Source: a virus
DNA: 39,403 nucleotides
Virus record (IMG/VR): IMGVR_UViG_3300031233_000002
Reading direction: 5' to 3' (one strand)
The notes under the pieces are model-generated. The model was not told where the DNA came from. It searched no databases and was given only the letters and a program-made list of their open reading frames with translations. Positions 31,754 to 39,403 of the stretch are shown here, in pieces; positions within the stretch are counted from its first letter, which is position 1; every line of letters starts with the position of its first letter. The position numbers were made by a program, and so were the translations under genes.

Positions 31754-32992
31754 ATGGCAAATTTATTTCAAACCACTAAATACGTTTTAAACGAAGTCTT
31801 TGTTCGCTACGTCAACTATTTAAACCTCGCAAAAGTTTCTAATCGTAATATTGAAGAAGATTTCCGCACGTTAAAATATGTGACCGGGCAAACGCTTAAT
31901 TATCGTTTAGAAGAACGTTATGAAGGGGGCGAAGGTGCATCCGCTAAAACCGAAGCGGTAGTGCAAATCGTTAGACCACTTTCTATTACCAAGCAATTTC
32001 ATACGATGGTAGGTTTCACAGGTTTTGATTTAACGTTTAATCGTGCCCGTGATAAACCATTCTTGGATATGATGTTAAACCCTCGCGCCAAAACCCTTGC
32101 AAATAAAGTGGAAAAGTTTATTGCTGATACCTTCCAGACTCAGATTTATCAAGCAGTCGGGACGCCGGGTGTGCCAATTGATTTTGGTACCATTACAATG
32201 GCTGATGCTTATATGACTGAACTTGGCATTCCCGAAGATGGAAACCGTTATGTAGCAATCCGTCCGACTACCAACGCTTTATTATCTACTTCGCTAGCCA
32301 CTATCTTTAACAATACCGTGAATACGGGCGCGTTAATGGATGGTTTCATAGGTCACTTATCTGGGTTTGATTTCTTCAAGTCAAACTTCATGCGCCGTCA
32401 CACGGCTGGTGTGGGTGGTGGTACGGCAGTCACACCTCCAACTGGTTTCTTGGATGGAGGACAGATTGCCAATGGCCCAATCACGGGTGGTAATACATTC
32501 GTATTAAATGGCGTCTTATCTAATCAATTGGTATTCCGTTTAGGGGATATTTTAGAAATTGATGACGCGAATTTAGTTTATATGATTAACCCACTGAACT
32601 ATGAGCCTTTAGAACAACGCGCTCAATTCGTGGTAACAGCCGATGCCATCTCAACAGGTACAACGGTTACGGTTAATGTAAATCCAACTATTGTGACTAC
32701 TGGGGCGCGCCGTAATATTAGCGCTCCCATTCCTAATGGTGCGCAAGTCTGGTTAAGTCAAAGTTTTAACCGTACTCTTGCATTTCATAATCAGGCTATT
32801 GTCTTTGCGGCTCCTCCTCTCACAGAATTACGTGGTGGGGTGGAAGCGGCTACAACCTTTTCTAACTTATACAAAATGTCTATTACCTACTCATTGGGTG
32901 CGGATATCAGAAATTACGAACAACTTGATCGTTTGGATATCGCGTGCGGTGTCGCAATCAATCCAGAGTTTGCCGTGATTATAAGATCGTAA
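31754..32992 (+). CDS. Major capsid protein, P22-coat-like, 412 aa from ATG 31754
   Basis: GGAGATGG RBS. Overall pattern (GFIGHLSGFDFFKS, GDILEIDD..., VFAAPPL, ...PEFAVIIRS) and position after the scaffold. A strong terminator follows. The GTG at 31706 lies inside a leader hairpin. Confidence 0.75.
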   Translation: MANLFQTTKYVLNEVFVRYVNYLNLAKVSNRNIEEDFRTLKYVTGQTLNYRLEERYEGGEGASAKTEAVVQIVRPLSITKQFHTMVGFTGFDLTFNRARDKPFLDMMLNPRAKTLANKVEKFIADTFQTQIYQAVGTPGVPIDFGTITMADAYMTELGIPEDGNRYVAIRPTTNALLSTSLATIFNNTVNTGALMDGFIGHLSGFDFFKSNFMRRHTAGVGGGTAVTPPTGFLDGGQIANGPITGGNTFVLNGVLSNQLVFRLGDILEIDDANLVYMINPLNYEPLEQRAQFVVTADAISTGTTVTVNVNPTIVTTGARRNISAPIPNGAQVWLSQSFNRTLAFHNQAIVFAAPPLTELRGGVEAATTFSNLYKMSITYSLGADIRNYEQLDRLDIACGVAINPEFAVIIRS

Positions 32993-33013
32993 AGGGTAGA
33001 TAATAAAATTGAT

Positions 33014-33052
33014 GGGAAATTCCTGTATCATGTATAGGATTTCCCCTTTTTA
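33014..33052 (+). terminator. Rho-independent terminator after the capsid gene
   Basis: GGGAAATTCCT (33014-24) pairs with AGGATTTCCC (33036-45), 10 bp with one bulge, followed by CTTTTTAT. Confidence 0.6.
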
Positions 33053-33073
33053 TATACATAAGGACTTCCTCAT

Positions 33074-33427
33074 ATGAAGAAAACGACACAAATACCCTAT
33101 AATGGAAAATGGATTAATCCAAAACACCTACGCGCATTCGTATATAAATTAAACAAATTACAGCAGACAGGATTTGATCAATTATTATGCGAAAATCATC
33201 GTGAATATATTGATGCACTGAATAAAGGGTGGTTTCATTCAAAAGAAGATGCCAAAGCCGCGCATAGTTTAGACGATGATAATGCAATGGAAGATGATTC
33301 TGAAATTTCCGATGATGGTTCAGAGGATATTGAAACCGTTCAAGATAAATTAGCTTCTGACAATTCCATGTTATCTACCTTGTTAGGCGGCAAGAAAAAA
33401 CGCTCATTTAAATCCGACAAGGAATAA
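33074..33427 (+). CDS. Hypothetical acidic protein, 117 aa
   Basis: ORF with AAGGA RBS and a C-terminal Asp/Glu/Ser-rich region. Confidence 0.5.
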   Translation: MKKTTQIPYNGKWINPKHLRAFVYKLNKLQQTGFDQLLCENHREYIDALNKGWFHSKEDAKAAHSLDDDNAMEDDSEISDDGSEDIETVQDKLASDNSMLSTLLGGKKKRSFKSDKE

Positions 33428-33433
33428 TGCGCT

Positions 33434-34168
33434 ATGCCAAATGTTTACAATGAATCGGTCAAAGAGTTTGTTAATGACTTTTATTCATTGATAAGCTCGC
33501 ATAGCCCGACCGTTCCCTTGCATGGGTGGGATACGGCAACGGGTGTGAAAGTCATGAACCGTTTATTAAGATCATATAGCGGTACAGCACTCATGATCAC
33601 TATTCCCAAGAAAATTCATTTTCCTATTGAGAATGGTACACAGTTTATTAACTTTGCCGCACCCGGCTTTACTGACCCTATCCCCGATGTTACCGAAGGC
33701 CGATTGGCTGAGATTCAAAACTTGTGGCTTAATCTTGATGGGGTTGACTATCCCATGGAAGTCATTAACCGTAATGTGTTCTATAGCACGGCGAAGTATT
33801 TTCCAATGCAAAGTTTGCCTTTAGTTGGCATTATTGATAATCAAACGAATTACACCAATCTTGAAATATGGCCGGGTGCATCTCAGTTCTATGAATTATG
33901 GATTTATGGGAAATTTGAACTAGCCTATATTTCTGAATCAATGGATATGAGTACACTTCCTGATTATTTTCTATTGTTCTTTGAATATGCGTGTGCCAAG
34001 TACACGGCATTCCACAAAGGGCGAGCTAAATCATGGACAAAGGAATTGGAAGATACCTATGAAGGGCTACGCTCTGATATTGTAGCCATTAGTCCAATCA
34101 ATTTGGTAATTAAGCAAAGCAACGACAATATGTTAAATGGTGCGTATCGCGTTCGTGCGGGGATATAG
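33434..34168 (+). CDS. Head-tail adaptor / tail tubular A-type candidate, 244 aa
   Basis: Called on position and size only: first gene of the tail block, directly before the 606-aa hub candidate. Confidence 0.35.
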   Translation: MPNVYNESVKEFVNDFYSLISSHSPTVPLHGWDTATGVKVMNRLLRSYSGTALMITIPKKIHFPIENGTQFINFAAPGFTDPIPDVTEGRLAEIQNLWLNLDGVDYPMEVINRNVFYSTAKYFPMQSLPLVGIIDNQTNYTNLEIWPGASQFYELWIYGKFELAYISESMDMSTLPDYFLLFFEYACAKYTAFHKGRAKSWTKELEDTYEGLRSDIVAISPINLVIKQSNDNMLNGAYRVRAGI

Positions 34169-34173
34169 CCCCT

Positions 34174-35994
34174 ATGCCAGTCGTTGACCTTCCGATAATT
34201 ACCTACTTCGACACGGCACGTTTTAAGCAGTTTAATCCTACCGATGCCGTCAATTGGACACTCAACCAAAGTGAGCTTGGCAAAAAGAAAGTCGCCATGT
34301 ACCCTGAGATGGGCAGGCGGCACGTTCGTTATTTAAATGAGAATAAGCTGGTCTTTGGTGCTGAACCCCGCAATGAAGTAAAAACCATTAACTACTCATA
34401 TTATGTAGTGGCTAATTCCATTATTCGCGTAGATAACAATTTCAATGAAACGGTTATTACCATTCCTGTAGAGCTAACCACACAGGCGGGTGATATATTC
34501 TTTGATTTTATTGTTAATGGTTCAATTGTTTATGCCTGCTTTGCTGATGGTCAGCACCTTTATATTTACCGGGAAGATACGCAAGAGTTTGGTATCGCTA
34601 CGACAACGCACATCAATCCGCTTTATATTAAAGTGTTTGGAAGTCGATTATTATTAGGTAGTCCTACTAGCGCCGCTTTCTTTCTGTCTCAAATATTATT
34701 GGGCGACCCAACACAACCATTCAATACTTTTTTAGCAAATGTCATGGTCAATACTGGTTCAGTACCGAATGTCTTTGCGCAAGAAGTCGATTTAATCAGG
34801 CAGTTTGCCGTTAAGGATAATACACTTTACATATTCACTGCATTTAGTATAGGTATATGGAGTGATACGCCTTCGGCAGTCACTGATGATACTGGTACAA
34901 CAACCACTTTTCCTTTCAAGAAAAACTCTTCTGCGCAATGTAATGTAGGACTAGCTGATAATGCTGCTAATACTGTAGATACCAGCTTTGATTATATCGC
35001 ATGGCTAGGCCAGTATAAAAATGGCTTGGTCCAACCCATGCGAATGAAAGGCAATACCCCGGAAGTGATGCAAGGGGAAGCTATGGATGTTTTATTACAA
35101 CGACTCACGAATCGGCAAAAGCTATCACCTAATAACACGATTATTTATGATGGGTTTTTATATGAATATGAGAATCGTATTTTCTATCGGCTTTCTGGTG
35201 GTTTATTCGATCCTACTGGTTTTCTGGATAAGATCACAGACAGTTTTTCTACCCAGTTTAATTTCAGATTAGAAAAGTGGAGTCGATGTGCTGAATTAAA
35301 TGGTGGACGTTCGCGTATTCGAAAGCATCTTTACTTTGCCAATCGCCATTTAGTTACGGTGTTAGGGGATGGTACTGTTTATGATATGGCAGGCCAGTAC
35401 TATGTGAATGAAAGACGCAATCCTGCACAAGCTAATGCACAGGCGATTGATGCTTATATCGTTGAACCGTTTCGGCAAGAAGCCGTTACACCGCTTATCA
35501 ATGTAGATCATTTTGAACCTGATGATGTTACCAATTCAGAATTTGAAACACAGTATGTTGAAATAGATTTTGTGTTTGGCGAATCGTTTATTAACTATAG
35601 TGATGAGCCATTCGAAAATACCACATTCATTATTGCGGAAAATGAAGGGGCAGATAGCAAGCCCATTTATATTATTGCGGAAAATAGTGTGGAAGGCGAA
35701 CCTGTTTTTATCATTACCGAAGATGGTAATTTTCCCACGACAGAAAGCCCTACCTATAACACGCTATTTAAACCGCATATTGAATTATACTGGTCGGATG
35801 ACGGTGGAATTACCTTTGCCTCCGCCGATGTACGCGAGTTTTCGGTGCAAGGCCAATATCAATGGCGTATGCGCTGGTATGAATTAGGTACGTCACGAAA
35901 TCGCTGTTATAAACTAGTATGTGTTAGCCCTGTGCCAATTGTGGTATTGGGAGGCTGGATGAGCGGACATAGGATATCAGGCGGTGCTGACTAG
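34174..35994 (+). CDS. Tail hub / nozzle candidate (P22 gp10 or T7 gp12-like role), 606 aa
   Basis: Position and size. The C-terminal motif YWSDDGGITF...GQYQWRMRWYELGTSRNRCYKL resembles the conserved end of podovirus tail-hub proteins as I recall it. Confidence 0.45.
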   Translation: MPVVDLPIITYFDTARFKQFNPTDAVNWTLNQSELGKKKVAMYPEMGRRHVRYLNENKLVFGAEPRNEVKTINYSYYVVANSIIRVDNNFNETVITIPVELTTQAGDIFFDFIVNGSIVYACFADGQHLYIYREDTQEFGIATTTHINPLYIKVFGSRLLLGSPTSAAFFLSQILLGDPTQPFNTFLANVMVNTGSVPNVFAQEVDLIRQFAVKDNTLYIFTAFSIGIWSDTPSAVTDDTGTTTTFPFKKNSSAQCNVGLADNAANTVDTSFDYIAWLGQYKNGLVQPMRMKGNTPEVMQGEAMDVLLQRLTNRQKLSPNNTIIYDGFLYEYENRIFYRLSGGLFDPTGFLDKITDSFSTQFNFRLEKWSRCAELNGGRSRIRKHLYFANRHLVTVLGDGTVYDMAGQYYVNERRNPAQANAQAIDAYIVEPFRQEAVTPLINVDHFEPDDVTNSEFETQYVEIDFVFGESFINYSDEPFENTTFIIAENEGADSKPIYIIAENSVEGEPVFIITEDGNFPTTESPTYNTLFKPHIELYWSDDGGITFASADVREFSVQGQYQWRMRWYELGTSRNRCYKLVCVSPVPIVVLGGWMSGHRISGGAD

Positions 35995-36151
35995 AGCAGA
36001 TCAGGTAACATTTGATGAAGTTGAAACATTGCCATGGAAAGATTATGGCACATTTTTAGGAATATTAGTGGACGTATTCAACACTGACTTGGATAATATA
36101 GAATCACAATTGAATGCATTGTCGACTCGAATAACCGCTTTGGGAGGATAG
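35984..36151 (+). CDS. Possible small protein, 55 aa, GTG start
   Basis: Hand translation gives (M)LTRADQVTFDEVETLPWKDYGTFLGILVDVFNTDLDNIESQLNALSTRITALGG. It fills the 160-nt gap between neighbouring genes. Confidence 0.3.
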   Translation: MLTRADQVTFDEVETLPWKDYGTFLGILVDVFNTDLDNIESQLNALSTRITALGG

Positions 36152-36155
36152 GATT

Positions 36156-36791
36156 ATGGCAGGAGCAGCAGCAGGATTAGCAGGATTAGCCGCTTATCCC
36201 TTTGGTACAAAAGCCATTGATAGCTTTTTGCATCCTGAAAAAGCCTTTCAAGCGGCAGAAGATCAATCCCAAAAATACTATGTTGATGCGCAAGGGAAGT
36301 TACAGCCGATTGTGAATAATGGCATCAGCCAGTTTCAACGGTTGAATGGTCAAGCCGATGCGCTAGGTAATCCCGTACAGCTTGAAAATCAGTGGAATCA
36401 GGCGTACACACAATCCCCGCAAGCCGCACAAGCCATTGCTTCTGCCAAAGCCACAGGGCTTGATTCTGCCGCCAGCCAAGGGCTTTTAGGCAGTAGTGCG
36501 GCTCTTGAAAATATTCAAAAGTCAGCCGCAAACATTGGTCAAAATGATCGTCAAAACTATTTGAATGACCTCATGCAAAAATATTTAGCCAGTGTGGGTA
36601 TAGGTCAAAATCTCTATGGTGTCGGAGCAAATGCTGCGGGGCAGCAAAGCACGAATGCGGTGAATCAAGGTAATACACAAGCAGGACTTGCTTATGGCGA
36701 ACAAAAAGCACCCGGCGATATTCTAGGTAATATTCTAGGTAAAGCTGCCAATGCTGGTATTAACTATGCAACAGGTGGAGTAATGAAATAA
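36156..36791 (+). CDS. Internal virion / ejection protein candidate, 211 aa
   Basis: Ala/Gly/Gln/Asn-rich protein in the block between the hub and the fibres. Confidence 0.4.
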   Translation: MAGAAAGLAGLAAYPFGTKAIDSFLHPEKAFQAAEDQSQKYYVDAQGKLQPIVNNGISQFQRLNGQADALGNPVQLENQWNQAYTQSPQAAQAIASAKATGLDSAASQGLLGSSAALENIQKSAANIGQNDRQNYLNDLMQKYLASVGIGQNLYGVGANAAGQQSTNAVNQGNTQAGLAYGEQKAPGDILGNILGKAANAGINYATGGVMK

Positions 36792-38302
36792 TGGCAGCCT
36801 CAGGAACAGGAATACCATTATCAGGTGGCACGGGAATGGATGCCTTTGACCAAGGCTTTAAGACCATGCAGAGTGCGATTGATTCGATTCGTCAAAATCA
36901 ATATCGTACAGGTACGCTCGCAGTCGCACAGCAAGAATTACAGCAAAAGCAAACTATGCTACCTGCAATGCTGCAAAAGTATGCTGATGAACATGAATTA
37001 AATCCTTATCAAAGAGATTTATTAAAAGCTCAAGCCAATGAAGCGGTAGCGCGCGCTAATAAAGAAGGTGCAAGTTCGGGTATTTTAAATGAATTTATGA
37101 AGTCACTTCATGATGGTACGCCTAGTAATCAAAATCCTACACCAAAAGTCGAAAACACCGGCGAAGGAAATTATGGAATTAAAGACTCTAATAAAGCACA
37201 TTTTGGTAATCCTAATGCCACTCAAGGCGGCGATGAAGGTTTAATCAATGTAAATGCTCAAGGTGGTATAATTGACCCGCGCGCTCAAGAGCACCCACCC
37301 ATAAATGCAGCACAGGCCAACGCGCCAAGTGCTAATCCAATGAATATGCCTAATAATCCTGACACTATTCAGAATTCCAGTTTAATGCCAGATAATGAAG
37401 CGCAGCAAAATCCTGATGATAATGCACCTGCATTACCTCCAAGAATTGCAAATGCCGCATCGCAACAATTAACAAATCCTAACGCGCAAGCCGCGCCAAA
37501 TGGACAAACTGGACAAATACAGGATAATCAACAATTAACACAGGAAAAGAAATATCCCACTAAAATTGGTGAAACGGTGGTTATTCAAAAACCTATTCGA
37601 AGTACAAAATGGGATAATTTTCCTAAAATGGAAGGTTTGCCAGATTTTACACCTAAGAAAGAAACTATTGCCGATGGCGTAGTCAGAACTACGTATCCCG
37701 GCAGTGGCATGATTACTTTGACCAAAGAAGCTCCGAGTTTTGAAGAAAAACAAGAAATAGCCCAAAAGAACCGTAGTGACCTTGCTTATCAGCAAGAAAA
37801 AGCGCGTGCCGATTTACAAGATGAAAGACAATCAAAGCAAGAACATCAACAAGCTTTAAAAGAAGGTGACAAAATTGTAGCTGAAACACGGCCTATTGTT
37901 GATACCATTGATTTATTGAAAAGAGCTATAAAAATACAGGAAGATAATCCTAATTCTACAGGTTGGGTGAAAGGGGCAGAAGGTAGAACAGGGCTGTCTC
38001 AAGATAAAGCTACCTCTGCTTTAAATGAAATATTCGGAAAAATTCAAGCTGCTACGGCACATTTAGGCGGTAGGCAAGGTGGTGTTGGTACGTTGAATTG
38101 GGCGGATAGGATTAAAGCGTCAACATTTAAATCCCCAGAATGGAATTTAGCAAATCTTAGAGAAGGATTAGCAGAAGCTGAGAATCAGGTTGCTACCCGG
38201 AAAGACCTTTATGAAACCCGCACCAAAGAAAAATTCCCTTTGGGTAGTAGTGGTAAACATTTTGTAGTAAATCCTAAAACGGGTTTATTAGAGGAAAAAT
38301 AG
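36791..38302 (+). CDS. Internal virion / ejection protein candidate, 503 aa
   Basis: TAATG overlap with the upstream gene. Long Gln/Asn/Pro-rich disordered middle segment. Called on position. Confidence 0.4.
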   Translation: MAASGTGIPLSGGTGMDAFDQGFKTMQSAIDSIRQNQYRTGTLAVAQQELQQKQTMLPAMLQKYADEHELNPYQRDLLKAQANEAVARANKEGASSGILNEFMKSLHDGTPSNQNPTPKVENTGEGNYGIKDSNKAHFGNPNATQGGDEGLINVNAQGGIIDPRAQEHPPINAAQANAPSANPMNMPNNPDTIQNSSLMPDNEAQQNPDDNAPALPPRIANAASQQLTNPNAQAAPNGQTGQIQDNQQLTQEKKYPTKIGETVVIQKPIRSTKWDNFPKMEGLPDFTPKKETIADGVVRTTYPGSGMITLTKEAPSFEEKQEIAQKNRSDLAYQQEKARADLQDERQSKQEHQQALKEGDKIVAETRPIVDTIDLLKRAIKIQEDNPNSTGWVKGAEGRTGLSQDKATSALNEIFGKIQAATAHLGGRQGGVGTLNWADRIKASTFKSPEWNLANLREGLAEAENQVATRKDLYETRTKEKFPLGSSGKHFVVNPKTGLLEEK

Positions 38303-38303
38303 A

Positions 38304-39403
38304 ATGCCTCATACGGTCACACTTCCTAATAATGATACGGCTGAATTTCCTGATAATTGGTCACAGGAACAAATTCAAGCTTCTATTGATAAACACTTAG
38401 GGATTGATAGAAGTACTCAACCAACAATCAATACAAATGCACCAAACCAAGGTGGAGTAAGTGGTGATTTTCGTTCAGGATGGGATAAAACTAAAGATGC
38501 TACTAGAATTGCTACAAATGATTTACTTTCTTTACCCGGTAAAGCGAATGATTTAGCAAATAAGGTAGTGAATGCTGCGCCTTCTGAAATCTCAGGTGCA
38601 TTAATGGGTGGGAACATACGTGGCGCAGCAAATGTTGCTGTCGGTTTAGGAGAAATAGGGAGAGCTATTACAAATATTCCCAATACTGCCGAGGAATATT
38701 TGAAACACTTACGCCTATTACCAGAAGATCATAAAGATCGTATGCCACATTTTGAAACCTTTGGAGGGGAAAATGCGGTTAAAGAATTACTAGGTAAGTC
38801 TCAGCCGGGGGATGCTTTATTGCAAAATGCTATTCCTTTAGTTGGTGCAGGAAAGTTATTAAGTATTCCCATAAAAGCGGGCAAGAAAGTTATTGATAAT
38901 CAACTTCTCGGCACAGATAAAAATGCTGCTTTACGAGATAAATTTCAGATTCCTATTCTGCAACAACAAGCCAAAACGAGTGCGGAAGAATATGAAAAAG
39001 CGAAGTCAGAACACGATATTGCAGTAAAAAATGCAAAGCAGGGTATTAGAGGTGCTGACCCTGATTTATTATTAAATGAGATGAATGCCAAAAAAGAAAG
39101 AGCAGAGCAGCTAGCGCGTGATGCCCAAGGTCTTGAGCATCAAATTAATAATGTCCCTTCTACGACTGATAAAACGCATATTGAAGATGCTGCTAAAGCG
39201 ACTATGGCACGACAAGAGGCCGAAAAAGGCATTGATACGGCGCAAGCAGTACATGAATCGACAAAACAGACTGTTAAAGATACGGAAAATAAAATTTCCA
39301 CGTTGTTAAATCGTGGCAAAGAGCATGATGTAGAGGCAGCGAGTCAAATTGAAGCTGCACAAGAGGAACGTCATAGTGCCATTACACAAAAATATAAAAC
39401 GGT
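38304..39403 (+). CDS. 5' portion of the wrap-around ORF that continues at 1..1208
   Basis: ATG at 38304, 2 nt after the upstream stop. There is no stop before the window end, and the frame is continuous with 1..1208 through the 127-bp repeat. This ORF is absent from the track because it has no stop. Confidence 0.7.
   Translation, partial: MPHTVTLPNNDTAEFPDNWSQEQIQASIDKHLGIDRSTQPTINTNAPNQGGVSGDFRSGWDKTKDATRIATNDLLSLPGKANDLANKVVNAAPSEISGALMGGNIRGAANVAVGLGEIGRAITNIPNTAEEYLKHLRLLPEDHKDRMPHFETFGGENAVKELLGKSQPGDALLQNAIPLVGAGKLLSIPIKAGKKVIDNQLLGTDKNAALRDKFQIPILQQQAKTSAEEYEKAKSEHDIAVKNAKQGIRGADPDLLLNEMNAKKERAEQLARDAQGLEHQINNVPSTTDKTHIEDAAKATMARQEAEKGIDTAQAVHESTKQTVKDTENKISTLLNRGKEHDVEAASQIEAAQEERHSAITQKYKT
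39277..39403. repeat. Terminal direct repeat, right copy, identical to 1..127
   Basis: Compared by eye. Confidence 0.97.

Overview
The window looks like one complete tailed-phage genome of about 39.28 kb, assembled as a circle. Bases 1-127 are identical to 39277-39403. One 726-codon ORF runs off the right edge (38304 onward) and finishes at 1208.

Layout, all read by eye from the translations with no searches run:

1. Rightward packaging and structural operon, 26168 -> wrap -> 6239. It encodes TerS, TerL, a portal with a long C-terminal coiled coil, an acidic scaffold, a P22-coat-like major capsid protein, adaptor and hub candidates, three large internal-virion-type proteins, and a block of tail-fibre / receptor-binding proteins.
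2. A short leftward block, 6352-7816, ending in another fibre-like protein.
3. A winged-helix protein followed by four helically phased 14-bp iterons, 7977-8538.
4. A leftward recombination operon, 8849-11670: HTH regulator, PD-(D/E)XK nuclease, candidate annealing protein, DEDDh exonuclease.
5. A rightward early and replication operon, 11806-19290: many small unknown genes, a lambda O-like and a lambda P-like protein, and a GH24 endolysin.
6. A roughly 330-nt non-coding tRNA / tRNA-like region, 19291-19620.
7. A very dense leftward operon, 25764 -> 19622, with about 30 mostly sub-80-aa genes. It opens with a DUF932-like protein and ends with holin candidates and a spanin pair.

I saw no integrase, DNA polymerase, RNA polymerase, CRISPR array or reverse transcriptase. 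The spanins, sigma70-like promoters and a DnaA box point to a low-GC Gram-negative host.

The most unusual content is a tandem array of eight diverged paralogs sharing an 'MKTVEEIKEF' N-terminus, joined by dual-coded overlapping junctions. Other points of interest are a non-canonical tRNA-like RNA, the iteron and wHTH module, and a duplicated receptor-binding cassette.

Functional calls rest on motif recognition and gene context. They need profile searches to confirm.
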